A DNA stretch of 64,000 nucleotides from an uncultured Patescibacteria group bacterium. GTDB lineage: Bacteria; Patescibacteriota; Minisyncoccia; Phycocordibacterales; UBA918. Below are positions 54,642-64,000 of the stretch, piece after piece; the first letter of the stretch is position 1, and the number at the start of each line of letters is the position of its first letter. A program made the translations under genes and the position numbers. The notes under the pieces were generated by a model. The model saw only the letters and a list, made by a program, of their open reading frames with translations. It did not search any database and was not told the origin of the DNA. The stretch spans positions 135,839-199,838 of the forward strand of contig CAKUWT010000001.1 of assembly GCA_934699595.1 (NCBI GenBank). The letters are read 5' to 3'.

Positions 54642-55544
54642 TTAAGTTAGTAATTTTTGAAAAGTACGCATTTTAGCGCTGCGGGCGCGGGGATTATGAG
54701 CAATTTCTGCTGGTGAAGGAACTAAGGGTTTTTTCCTCAAAACAGTGCCAAGATTAAGGTTGACCAATTCGCGAAAGCGATGCTTGACGATACGGTCTTC
54801 CAAACTATGGAAGGTGATGATGACTAACCGACCACCAGGTTTTAAAGCGGCAACAGCCTGATCAATAAACTGTGCTAAAACTTGCAGCTCGTCATTAACA
54901 GTGATACGCAAAGCCTGGAAAGTTTTGGTAGCTGGGTGAATTCTCTGATGACGATTTTGCGGATTGACTACTTGTGCAATGCAAGTAGCTAATTCTTTGG
55001 CAGAGGTAAACGGTCGCACCATTCGCTCACGCACGATCGCTTTGGCAATCCGGCGCGCTGCCTTCTCTTCACCGTAAGCAAAGATAATGTCAGCTAAGTT
55101 CTCTTCGTCCCAGGTGTTGACTATTTCTTTAGCGGTAAAAAGATAGTCATCCGGGTCGCCATAGGTCATCAAGAGATCGGCCTCGTCCTGGAAAGAGAAA
55201 CCTCTCCCCAACTCTAGGAACTGATCTGTCCGCCAGCCCAAATCTGCTAAGATGCCGTCAACCTGCTTAATCTGCAAACTTTCTAATATCTGAGAGAGCT
55301 GGCTGAAGTTCGTCTTAACTAACTTCACCGCCGGCTTTACTTCCGCCAACTTTTCCTCAGCCAGTTGGAGTGCTCTGGGGTCTGCGTCAAATGCGATTAG
55401 TCGACCAGACTTTCCTAAAGTATCGGCAATCAAGCGACTATGTCCACCAGCACCCAAAGTGGCATCTACCACCACACTATCTGGTCGCAAAGCCAAAGCT
55501 GCGACCGCCTCCTCCAATAAGACAGTTTGATGTGCTGAATTCAT
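54642..55544 (-). CDS. rsmH: 16S rRNA (cytosine1402-N4)-methyltransferase RsmH (MraW)
   Basis: DATLGAGGHS SAM-binding motif, with conserved synteny downstream of mraZ. Confidence 0.9.
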   Translation of the reverse strand: MNSAHQTVLLEEAVAALALRPDSVVVDATLGAGGHSRLIADTLGKSGRLIAFDADPRALQLAEEKLAEVKPAVKLVKTNFSQLSQILESLQIKQVDGILADLGWRTDQFLELGRGFSFQDEADLLMTYGDPDDYLFTAKEIVNTWDEENLADIIFAYGEEKAARRIAKAIVRERMVRPFTSAKELATCIAQVVNPQNRHQRIHPATKTFQALRITVNDELQVLAQFIDQAVAALKPGGRLVIITFHSLEDRIVKHRFRELVNLNLGTVLRKKPLVPSPAEIAHNPRARSAKMRTFQKLLT

Positions 55545-55570
55545 AGGTAACTTTTACTTAAGTGCGCACC

Positions 55571-56005
55571 TTATAGAATACCGAGGTCTCCCAACTTCTC
55601 TGCCAAGGCATCGGCCTGACTTTCAATTTGTTGCTTGTAGCTGGTCCACTTGGTTTCATCCCAAATTTCTACCCGGTCATGAATACCGGCCAGGACCACT
55701 TTAGTATCTAGTCCAGCAAATTCTTTTAGATAATCAGGAACGAGAATTCTCCCTACTGAGTCTATCTCCACCTCCACCGCTCCCGACAAGAAGAAGCGAT
55801 TAAAACCCCTTGTATCAGCTTGTCCCCAAGGAAGTTCGGACATTTTTTCGGTAATGTGTCCCCACTCCTTCTTGGTGTAAACAAACAAACAGTGGTCTAG
55901 GCCTCTAGTAATAATTAGCGACTTACCCAACTCCTTCCGCCACTTACTCGGTAACGAGAGTCGCTTTTTTGGATCTAGGGTATGTAAATATTCGCCAATC
56001 AACAT
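55571..56005 (-). CDS. mraZ: Transcriptional regulator MraZ
   Basis: Two DxxxR-type MraZ repeats (LDPKKRLSLPSKWR / VDSVGRILVPDYL) and cluster position. Confidence 0.9.
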   Translation of the reverse strand: MLIGEYLHTLDPKKRLSLPSKWRKELGKSLIITRGLDHCLFVYTKKEWGHITEKMSELPWGQADTRGFNRFFLSGAVEVEIDSVGRILVPDYLKEFAGLDTKVVLAGIHDRVEIWDETKWTSYKQQIESQADALAEKLGDLGIL

Positions 56006-56180
56006 AAAAACACGATACTAAGTTCAATTAGTATACCACTTTCTCCCACCTTCAACACATTATATACCACTTCATCCCACAATTGGATGTTTATGCACAA
56101 GGTTTGGGGTTAATTAATAGACCAATGGTCTGGTTAATGACTACTTACCAAAACTGGCGATAGAGTTTATCGCTCTACTT

Positions 56181-56221
56181 AAAAAAGAAAAACCCCGCGC
56201 ATTAATTTGCGCGGGGTTTTT
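56181..56221 (-). terminator. Terminator of lysS
   Basis: AAAACCCCGCGC-attaatt-TGCGCGGGGTTTT flanked by A- and T-runs. Confidence 0.55.
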
Positions 56222-56291
56222 CCTCTTGACCCAACGATGACTGCGTCAGCTAAAGAGTCGAGGTCTCCTTTTACTATTCTCTTTCGATAAT

Positions 56292-57782
56292 CTATTCTAT
56301 TGACTCAATATTCTCATCCTTGCCTTTCTCCACCCGCGGCTTCATCAACGGAAAGAGCTGGGTCTCACGGAGAGGTAGGCCAGCTAAAAAAGCAAACAAA
56401 CGTTCACCAAAGCCAAAACCGCAAGTTGGTGGCATACCGTATTCCAACATCTCCACAAACTCCCAGTCGGGCATCATCGCCTCCTCGTCTCCAGCTTCCA
56501 GCAACTGCTGCTGTATTTTGAAGCGTTCTCGTTGGTCGTCAGGGTCGTTCAACTCACTGTAGCCTCGTCCCACCTCGCTACCAGCGATAATCGGTTGAAA
56601 CATCTCCGCCTTTTCCGTGCCAGGAATTTTCTTAGCCAATGGTGAGACAATCAGAGGATGATTAATGAGAAAAGCTGGGCCAGCAATACTCTTCCGACAA
56701 TACTTCCATAAAGTATCCATCAAACGCTCACGATTATCACCATCATACTTCACCCCTAATTCCTCTAGTTTGGCTCGCATCTCATCTTCGCTCGCGGTCA
56801 GGACGTTAATACCCGTCTGCTTCTCTACCTCGTCCACGTAATCAATCTCATACCACTCGTCGGCTAAGTCAAAATCAAGCCCGCGAATCGAAAACTTAGT
56901 AGTACCAAAGACCTCCTTTGCAATGCGACGATACATGGCCTGAATCAGTTTCATACCATCACGATAATCGGCGTACGCCCAGTAGAATTCCATATTGGTG
57001 AACTCTTGCAGGTGCTCAGGGCTAGTGCCTTCGTTGCGGTAAGCTTTACCAATTTCAAAAGTCTTAGGATAACCTGCTGCCATCAAGCGCTTCTGCCACA
57101 ACTCGCCGATACTGATGCGCATGTATACCGGTAGATCATAATCATTATGATGAGTAGCAAAAGGACGGGCCTCAGCACCACCGGTCGTGACCTCAATGGT
57201 TGGCGTCTCCACCTCCAAAAAGCCGTGCTCTACCAAGAAAGCTCGAGTGACCTGCCAGAATTTTTCTTTTTTATAAAACAATTCTCGGAGCTCGTCATTG
57301 AGGAGTAAGTCTAAGTAACGCTTCCGGTAACGCTCATCCTCATCTTTAATACCAAAATGCTCAGTAGGAATTTGCTGCAAGGTTTTAGTGAGGACTTGCC
57401 AAGCGGTTGCCTGCACCGCTTTGGTTTCCCGCTTAGTGGTAAAAGCGGTGCCGGTGACTTCAATAAAATCGCCGGGGTCGATATTGTCAGTAAAAAGATT
57501 AAACGACTCGACACCGAGATGCTCCACCGTCAACATTGCCTGGACTTTTTCCGTCCCGTCGAACAAATCTGCAAAAGCCAAAGCGCCGTGGCGACGAATG
57601 GACATTACTCGTCCAGCGATAGTCAAACTAGTGGCCTCAGCCTCCAGAGTAGCAAAATTAGTTAATAAATCAGCGATAGTAGTATCACGATTGGTGGTAG
57701 CCGCGTATGGATCCATACCCGCGGCTTGTAAACGTTCTCGCTTGGCGCGGTGCTCATTTTTTAGCTCTTCTAAGGTAGACAT
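56292..57782 (-). CDS. lysS: Lysine--tRNA ligase (class II)
   Basis: N-terminal OB anticodon-binding domain and class II motifs (FEIGKAYRNEG, GxGxGxER). Confidence 0.9.
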   Translation of the reverse strand: MSTLEELKNEHRAKRERLQAAGMDPYAATTNRDTTIADLLTNFATLEAEATSLTIAGRVMSIRRHGALAFADLFDGTEKVQAMLTVEHLGVESFNLFTDNIDPGDFIEVTGTAFTTKRETKAVQATAWQVLTKTLQQIPTEHFGIKDEDERYRKRYLDLLLNDELRELFYKKEKFWQVTRAFLVEHGFLEVETPTIEVTTGGAEARPFATHHNDYDLPVYMRISIGELWQKRLMAAGYPKTFEIGKAYRNEGTSPEHLQEFTNMEFYWAYADYRDGMKLIQAMYRRIAKEVFGTTKFSIRGLDFDLADEWYEIDYVDEVEKQTGINVLTASEDEMRAKLEELGVKYDGDNRERLMDTLWKYCRKSIAGPAFLINHPLIVSPLAKKIPGTEKAEMFQPIIAGSEVGRGYSELNDPDDQRERFKIQQQLLEAGDEEAMMPDWEFVEMLEYGMPPTCGFGFGERLFAFLAGLPLRETQLFPLMKPRVEKGKDENIESIE

Positions 57783-57840
57783 AATGCTCTTAGTATAAAC
57801 GACGAATCATTTCTGGCAATACGGGGCTTAGGATGGCGGG

Positions 57841-57888
57841 AGGTAAAAAGCGGGGGCGGCCACTTGTGGCCGCCCCCGCTTTTTACCT
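57841..57888 (-). terminator. Terminator of greA
   Basis: About a 20-bp GC-rich stem: AGCGGGGGCGGCCAC-ttg-TGGCCGCCCCCGCT. Confidence 0.55.
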
Positions 57889-57905
57889 CTTCGCATCAAC
57901 CAGAC

Positions 57906-58376
57906 CTATTCCACCTTCAAAACTTTGTAAGCTTGCTTACCGTTCGGGGTTTCAAAAGTAAATGTGTCCCCTTTCACCTTCCCCATCAGAGCCTCACCAA
58001 GTGGTGACAAGTAAGAAAGTTTGCGCTCGTGAATATTGGCCTCTTCTGAACCAACCACAGTGTAAACATGGCTGTCCTTCTGGTTATCTTTTTGGATGGT
58101 CACCACTGAGCCGAGAGAAACGACATCTCCCTTCTTGCTGTCGCTCATAATCTTAGCCTCTTTGATCACTTTTTCTAAGTAAGCGATGCGCTCTTCAACA
58201 GCAGCCTGCATATCGCGAGCTTCTTGGTACTCAGCGTTTTCCGATAAGTCGCCCAGAGAGCGAGCGTACTCTAAGCTCTCAGCCACCTCCTTGCGTCGAA
58301 CAGTTTTTAGCTGTTCTAGCTCTACCTTAAACTCAGCAAACTTTTCCGCGGTCAGATAGGATTGTGTATCATTCAT
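57906..58376 (-). CDS. greA: Transcription elongation factor GreA
   Basis: The N-terminal coiled coil carries the acidic tip (LGDLSENAEY), with a C-terminal FKBP-like domain. Confidence 0.9.
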   Translation of the reverse strand: MNDTQSYLTAEKFAEFKVELEQLKTVRRKEVAESLEYARSLGDLSENAEYQEARDMQAAVEERIAYLEKVIKEAKIMSDSKKGDVVSLGSVVTIQKDNQKDSHVYTVVGSEEANIHERKLSYLSPLGEALMGKVKGDTFTFETPNGKQAYKVLKVE

Positions 58377-58671
58377 AATTTGTCAAACTTATTGTTGTTA
58401 CCCGATTATACGAAAGCGATTACCATCGGTCAAACGGGGATAAGTTTTATTTTGCTCTAGTGTACATGTTTAATATATCCGCTTAACGCTTTTTCTTTAT
58501 GAGGTCGCCAGATATCTCAAGTCACCTTTTCAAAAGAGGTCAATTATTTTTCTATTAACTCATTTGTCCGCAGACATTTTCTTAAGGTGAATTCAATGTG
58601 GTAAAGATCTTTTCCCTTTACTTTCCATCAAAAATGTGCTACGTTAACGCAGTTAATCTTACAGTCAATAT

Positions 58672-60207
58672 ATGAAAATTCTTAATAAACTCTACGCTTG
58701 GTACGGCAAAAAACCCGTCTGGGCTATCGGCATTCTACTGTTGTCGCTACTAGCGTACATCGGCTACTCATTGATAGTGAAAACAGTCACCACAAACGAA
58801 CCGGCAGTCAGGCCCGTCGCCGTTGACCTCACCACCCCAAGAGAATTACTCGCTACTCAGAGCACAACTATTACTGGTACCGTGACCGCTAAAACTGAAG
58901 CTGAGCTCGTTACCGAGCGTTCGGGGCGATTAACCAGCGTCAACACCGAGTTGGGTTATCAAGTACAGGCAGGCCAAGTTATTGCCACAATTGAGAACTC
59001 TGCCGAACGTGCTTCTCTTCTCTCTGCTCAAGGAGCGTACGAAGCTGCCTTGGTGTCTACCAACCAAAGCCAAATTAGCATCACTGATGCTGGTACTAAT
59101 CTAAGTGCCGCAAAGAGCAATGCTGTTACCACCTATCGCAACGCCTACGGCACTTATTCAGGAATTATCTTTAGTCAGATTGACCCACTATTCGCTAACC
59201 CGACCAGTAAAAATCCTTCTGTTCGGTTTGAGGGATTCAGTCAGACACAGAACATTATTGCTGGCCGTATCAAACTGCAGAGCATCATCACCCGATGGCA
59301 AGAACGTAATAACCACACCACCCCAGATAATGTGGTGGCTTACTTAATTGACGCCCAGAGTGATACTCGCTATTTGATTGATTTTATTGATACTCTAATT
59401 AACACCTTTGGTACTCTACCTGATCGCCAGCCAATGTCCGAAGAACAAGTCTTAACTTTACGCAGCAGTCTTAACAGTACTCGCGCTAACCTGGTCAATC
59501 TCAACAACTCTTTCGAAAACACCCTCGACAGTATCAAACAAGCCACCAGCGGTGTAGAGAGGGCCGAGTTGACTGGCTCTAACCAGCAACCTTCCCTATC
59601 TTCAGCACAAGAAAAGCAGGCACTTGGAGCTTTGCGGGCAGCGGAAAGTAGTTTAGCCAAGACTATCATTCGCTCACCGATCAGTGGCACTGTTTCTGCT
59701 CTAAATATCAAAACAGGAGACTTCGTCAACATGAATCAGGCGGTGGCGGTAATTACTAACGCTAACGGTTACGAGATTGTCACATTCGTCAGTGACAGCG
59801 AAGCTGGTCTGTTAAAAGTAGGTACCGAAGTTACAATTAATAATAATCTGTCTGGCACAGTTACCAACTTGTCCCCCACCATTAGCCCACATACCGGTAA
59901 GCGTGAGGCTCGCATCGCTATCGACGCTAGCAGCCTCACTGCTGGCGACACGGTACGTATCACTCTAAAACCTGAAGCCGATACCGGCCTAGAGGACGAG
60001 GTTTATTTACCCCTCAACACGATTCGCTTCAAGGGCGAGACCGCTTTTGTCTTAGTGGTAGAAAATGGAAAAATTACAGAACGCGCCATTACCATTGGCG
60101 ACATCAGTAATGGTCTCGTTCACGTAACGAATGGACTAGATAATGATACACGGATTATTAGCGACGCTCGCGGTAAGCAAGTCGGACAAACTGTCACAAT
60201 TAAATAA
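58672..60207 (+). CDS. Efflux RND transporter periplasmic adaptor subunit (HlyD/MFP family)
   Basis: N-terminal TM, biotin-lipoyl-like halves (VTAKTEAELV...IRSPISGTVSALNIKTGDFV) and a long alpha-helical hairpin region. Confidence 0.8.
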   Translation: MKILNKLYAWYGKKPVWAIGILLLSLLAYIGYSLIVKTVTTNEPAVRPVAVDLTTPRELLATQSTTITGTVTAKTEAELVTERSGRLTSVNTELGYQVQAGQVIATIENSAERASLLSAQGAYEAALVSTNQSQISITDAGTNLSAAKSNAVTTYRNAYGTYSGIIFSQIDPLFANPTSKNPSVRFEGFSQTQNIIAGRIKLQSIITRWQERNNHTTPDNVVAYLIDAQSDTRYLIDFIDTLINTFGTLPDRQPMSEEQVLTLRSSLNSTRANLVNLNNSFENTLDSIKQATSGVERAELTGSNQQPSLSSAQEKQALGALRAAESSLAKTIIRSPISGTVSALNIKTGDFVNMNQAVAVITNANGYEIVTFVSDSEAGLLKVGTEVTINNNLSGTVTNLSPTISPHTGKREARIAIDASSLTAGDTVRITLKPEADTGLEDEVYLPLNTIRFKGETAFVLVVENGKITERAITIGDISNGLVHVTNGLDNDTRIISDARGKQVGQTVTIK

Positions 60208-60238
60208 TTACTCGGGGTAAAACTTTTTATTAAACTCT

Positions 60239-63200
60239 ATGTGGAACTTCTTCCTGCGCAACACGCGTTTTACTTTTTTACTCATTATCAGCCTCACACT
60301 GCTGGGGATGTTTTCTCTCACCCAAATTCCTAAAGAATCCTCACCTGAGGTAAAAATACCTTACGGAATAGTGACAACTTCCCTACCCGGGGCAGCTGCA
60401 CCCGAAGTAGAAACCTTAGTGACTAACGAAATTGAACGTGGCCTGAGTGGTTCATTGAAGAACGTTAAGCAAATCACCTCTACTTCTGCAGAAGGTTTCT
60501 CATCAGTCATCATTGAGTTCAACGCCAATGTTGACTTAAGCAAAGCCATTACCGACCTTAAAAGCAGTGTGGATAGCATTAGTCCACGCCTACCAAAGGA
60601 CGCCACCTCTCCAGTTGTTAGTGAGGTGGATTTAAATGACCAGCCCGTGATGCAGATCGCTTTTGCAAGTAACCGTAGTGATAGTGAATTTGCTACTCTG
60701 GCTAAACAACTAGAAAAAGAGCTCGAAGCGGTTACTGGCGTGGCTAAGGTTGAGATCAGTGGAGTGCGAACACGAGCAGTCAATATCGTCATCAATCCCG
60801 AGACCCTCACTCGCTATCAACTATCCCTCAACGAAGTTATTAACGCTCTTGCAAGTGCCAACAACACTTTCCCGATTGGTCAGATTGTTAATAACAACAC
60901 CGCTTACAATATTAGCTTTGACGGCAAAATTAAAAGTTCAGAAGAGATTGCTGATTTACCGATTGCTAACCGTGGCGGTAGTAATATCTACGTCCGTGAT
61001 ATTGCGACAGTAGACGATGGCTTGGCTCCAGCCACCACCATCTCTCGTCTCAGTCTTGAAACCAATCCGGCTGAAACAGCCATAACAATAAATATTTACA
61101 AAACGACTGGTTTTGATATCACCAAATTAACCAAGGCGGTAAATCGAGAGATCACTAATCTACAGAGGCCTGGACAAATCCTAGAAGGAGTAGACAGCTT
61201 TACTCTATTCGACATGGGTGAGATTATTACCAATGACCTAAAAAATCTTTCTACTTCAGGCCTCATTACTGTTACTTTAGTAATTGGTGTTTTGATGATC
61301 GCCATCGGTTGGCGCGAAGGTTTGGTGGCCGGTATTTCGGTGCCACTAACTTTCATGATTAGCTTTATCGCACTTTATCTATCGGGCAATACCTTTAATT
61401 TCATCAGTCTTTTCTCCTTAATTCTGGGCATCGGTATCTTAGTGGACTCTGGAATCGTGATCGTGGAAGGAATGAATCGTCGCATGAAAGACGACCCCAA
61501 CATTGATAAGGTGGCGGCGGCCAAATTAACTATCAAAGACTTTGCCTCACCGGTCACCTCAGGGACTTTGACCACTGTCGCAATGTTTGCTGGCCTGTTC
61601 GTAGTTGGCGGTATTATTGGTGAGTTTATTTACAGCATTCCATTTACCCTAGTTTCAGTTCTACTTGCTTCCCTATTGGTCTCTCTAGGGTTTGTCCCTC
61701 TTATTAGTACTATCTTGTTAAGGAGGAAAAACCGCACTCATTTAGAAGAAAAGCAAATAGCTTACGCCAGAGATTTAGAGATTTGGTACCAAAAACAACT
61801 ACGCACTTTAGTAGAGAGTCCGCGGAAACAAAAGTACTTTTTACGCAGTCTCTACCTCGGACTAGCAGTGGCCATCATGATGATTCCGCTAGGAGTTGTG
61901 CCGGCAACCTTCTTTGAAGCCGGTGACGCAGAAGAAATCATTATTGATATTGAGCTACCAGAAGGCAGCCTGAAAGAAGAGACTGATATTGTCACTCGCC
62001 AGGTGGAGGAGGTGCTGTACCAGTACCCCGACACTATTAAGGCTTTCACCACAACAATCGGCTCTAGTAATGCCTATTCTGGGACTGGCGCTGCTGCCGG
62101 CGGTAAAGTGGCTAATATTTTCATCGCCCTGCAAGACAAGAGGAAGTTGAGCAGCCAACAACTAAATGAACAGCTACGTCAAAAAACTGAGGACATTGCT
62201 AACGCTAAGATTATCTTTAGTGAGCTAGCGTCTGGACCGCCAACCGGTGGCGCTATCGTAATCAATTTGTTTGGCGATGACTTGGCCGAACTAAGTTTAG
62301 TGGCTGACAATATAGCAAATCACCTACGTAGTCTAGATGGAGTAACCAACATAAGCAGTAGCAACAAAAACAACAGTACCGAGTTTGTCTTTAGACTAGA
62401 CAAAGCTAAGGCGAAGATGGTGGGCCTAGACCCACAAACAGTCTCAGCCACTTTACGAGCGGCGGTGTATGGTACCGAAGCCACCTCTTTAACGACCCTA
62501 GAAGAATCCATTCCAGTGATGGTAAAACTTAACCTAACCAGTGATATTGCCAGCCCCATCGGTAACACTAATTACACCACCATCACTACCCTAGAAAATC
62601 TTTCTCTCAGTACTCCGACTGGCGACTCTGTGCCTCTGTCCAGTCTGGTCACCACCTCGTTACGAGAAGCAAATTCAAGCATTAGTCATCAAGATCAAAA
62701 GCGTATCGTGACAGTGACCACTGATGTGGAGCCTGGATTTAATGTGCGTCAAGTCAATGCGCAGATTAAGACTGAATTAACCACAGCAGAATTTATTCCC
62801 AACACCGTCACCCTAAGCTTTGGCGGTGAGACTATGGAAGCAGATGAATCCTTTGGCGATTTAGGACTAGCGCTCTTGGTGGGACTATTGCTTATGTTAT
62901 CCATTTTGGTAATTGAGTTTAACTCCTTCCGTCATACCTTCTACATTCTAGCAATTATTCCCTTCTCCTTAATTGGAATTATTTTTGGCCTAGCTATTAC
63001 TGGAAACGCTCTCTCTTTCCCGGCTCTGATGGGTTTTATTGCCTTGACTGGTATTGTGGTCAATAACTCAATTCTTTTGATCGACAGCATGAACGCACTA
63101 CGCCGGCTGAATCCTGACCAGGAGATTTCTGAGGTAGTCATTAAAGCAGCTAGCGGCCGTTTACGTCCAATCCTGCTTACTACGGTCACCACAGTTATCG

Positions 63201-63343
63201 GACTCGTCCCTCTCCTTTTCTCAGATCCGATTTGGGCACCGTTGGCAAATGCCGTTATGTTTGGCCTCACTTTCTCAGTCATTATTACCTTGGCTTTAGT
63301 ACCAGTTATTTACCTACGCAAACCGGGTAAGTTAACTAAGTAA
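60239..63343 (+). CDS. Efflux RND transporter permease (AcrB/HAE family)
   Basis: 1034 aa with 12 predicted TM helices and two large periplasmic loops. It starts 32 nt after the adaptor gene. Confidence 0.85.
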   Translation: MWNFFLRNTRFTFLLIISLTLLGMFSLTQIPKESSPEVKIPYGIVTTSLPGAAAPEVETLVTNEIERGLSGSLKNVKQITSTSAEGFSSVIIEFNANVDLSKAITDLKSSVDSISPRLPKDATSPVVSEVDLNDQPVMQIAFASNRSDSEFATLAKQLEKELEAVTGVAKVEISGVRTRAVNIVINPETLTRYQLSLNEVINALASANNTFPIGQIVNNNTAYNISFDGKIKSSEEIADLPIANRGGSNIYVRDIATVDDGLAPATTISRLSLETNPAETAITINIYKTTGFDITKLTKAVNREITNLQRPGQILEGVDSFTLFDMGEIITNDLKNLSTSGLITVTLVIGVLMIAIGWREGLVAGISVPLTFMISFIALYLSGNTFNFISLFSLILGIGILVDSGIVIVEGMNRRMKDDPNIDKVAAAKLTIKDFASPVTSGTLTTVAMFAGLFVVGGIIGEFIYSIPFTLVSVLLASLLVSLGFVPLISTILLRRKNRTHLEEKQIAYARDLEIWYQKQLRTLVESPRKQKYFLRSLYLGLAVAIMMIPLGVVPATFFEAGDAEEIIIDIELPEGSLKEETDIVTRQVEEVLYQYPDTIKAFTTTIGSSNAYSGTGAAAGGKVANIFIALQDKRKLSSQQLNEQLRQKTEDIANAKIIFSELASGPPTGGAIVINLFGDDLAELSLVADNIANHLRSLDGVTNISSSNKNNSTEFVFRLDKAKAKMVGLDPQTVSATLRAAVYGTEATSLTTLEESIPVMVKLNLTSDIASPIGNTNYTTITTLENLSLSTPTGDSVPLSSLVTTSLREANSSISHQDQKRIVTVTTDVEPGFNVRQVNAQIKTELTTAEFIPNTVTLSFGGETMEADESFGDLGLALLVGLLLMLSILVIEFNSFRHTFYILAIIPFSLIGIIFGLAITGNALSFPALMGFIALTGIVVNNSILLIDSMNALRRLNPDQEISEVVIKAASGRLRPILLTTVTTVIGLVPLLFSDPIWAPLANAVMFGLTFSVIITLALVPVIYLRKPGKLTK

Positions 63344-63396
63344 TCAGTCACTTCTTTTTGTGGGGACTAGTCCTTAGTCACTCTTAGAAAAAATGT

Positions 63397-63436
63397 TTAA
63401 AACCGGGTGTCTCCTTAAGGAAACACCCGGTTTTAA
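63397..63436. terminator. Bidirectional terminator
   Basis: AAAACCGGGTGT-N12-ACACCCGGTTTT. Confidence 0.5.
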
Positions 63437-63473
63437 ACTCTTATTTCAACCTACCCCCTCTCCATCCTCACAA

Positions 63474-64000
63474 CTACGCCGTCACCGGATTATTTGGCTC
63501 ACCGCCATTCAGCACTGCCAAAACATTATCCGCGGCCATCATCGACATCTGCTCGCGAGTCTCCAGACTGGCTGAAGCGATGTGTGGCGTCATGATCACC
63601 CTGTCAATTGCTTTCAAGCGCTCATCCACTGCTGGTTCATTTTCAAACACATCTAAAAAGACACCAGCCAAATGTCCGCTTTCCAACACTTCTACCAAAT
63701 CATCTTCCTTAATAATGGGCCCACGAGCAGTATTCACCAGGTAGGCCTCTGGCTTCATCTTTTGCAAAGTATCTTTGTTCATTAGATGTGTGGTCGAAGG
63801 CAATAGTGGTACATGCAGTGTTACTACATCGGCAACCGCTAGCAAGTCCTCCAGTTGGTCATAGTAAGCGGCTTCGGGGGCAACCTCTTCAATATGTGCT
63901 GAGCGCTGTAGATCATAATAGGCAATCTTCATACCAAGACCGTGCACTGCTTTTTTAGCTACCTCATAACCAATCCGTCCGGCACCAACGACCCCCAATG
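63474..64000 (-). CDS. D-isomer-specific 2-hydroxyacid dehydrogenase, C-terminal part (N-terminus lies beyond the window end)
   Basis: GVVGAGRIGYEVAKKA NAD-binding motif, catalytic region ...TPHIASAS..., and the frame is open to position 64000. Confidence 0.75.
   Translation of the reverse strand, partial: LGVVGAGRIGYEVAKKAVHGLGMKIAYYDLQRSAHIEEVAPEAAYYDQLEDLLAVADVVTLHVPLLPSTTHLMNKDTLQKMKPEAYLVNTARGPIIKEDDLVEVLESGHLAGVFLDVFENEPAVDERLKAIDRVIMTPHIASASLETREQMSMMAADNVLAVLNGGEPNNPVTA

Overview
This 64 kb window is a gene-dense stretch of a low-GC bacterial chromosome (most genes about 40-48% G+C by eye; I could not compute exact values). It contains ordinary housekeeping genes. These include the DnaB C-terminus, recR, rplU, rmuC, truB, a PIF1/RecD-like helicase, a class II (B12-type) ribonucleotide reductase, tdk, msrB, cls, tsaC, bcp, lysS and greA. 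They also include the division/cell-wall cluster mraZ-rsmH-ftsL-ftsI-murF and an RND efflux pair (periplasmic adaptor plus permease, with no outer-membrane factor gene). The window also holds a complete type I restriction-modification locus, many small hypothetical and surface or membrane proteins, and numerous GC-rich hairpin terminators. Gene content is consistent with a reduced-genome bacterium, possibly a Patescibacteria/Saccharibacteria-like lineage, but this is speculative. The content includes a giant beta-helix surface protein with a C-terminal transmembrane anchor, a secreted SNase-type nuclease, tdk, a B12-type RNR, and an RND pump without a TolC-like gene.

The most unusual features are these:
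- A tRNA-Glu(CUC) gene is followed directly by a foreign, very GC-rich (about 65-70%) flotillin/SPFH gene. Between them lies the C-terminal stump of an ABC/AAA_21-type ATPase whose reading frame runs into the tRNA 3' end. This looks like a decayed tRNA-targeted integration, possibly carrying DNA from a high-GC donor.
- An orphan ORF is bracketed by two copies of a 30-bp GC-rich palindromic hairpin that appears to be a split, duplicated terminator.
- A type I RM system has HsdM and HsdS fused in one 802-aa polypeptide, with internal 56-bp direct repeats.
- A stand-alone 39-codon ORF is driven by a near-consensus sigma70-type promoter and a strong SD, and is followed by tandem hairpins. It sits next to a roughly 440-bp ORF-free region.
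- A FAD-linked oxidase carries a histone-H1-like lysine-rich N-terminal tail.

I found no CRISPR array, rRNA or recognisable transposase.
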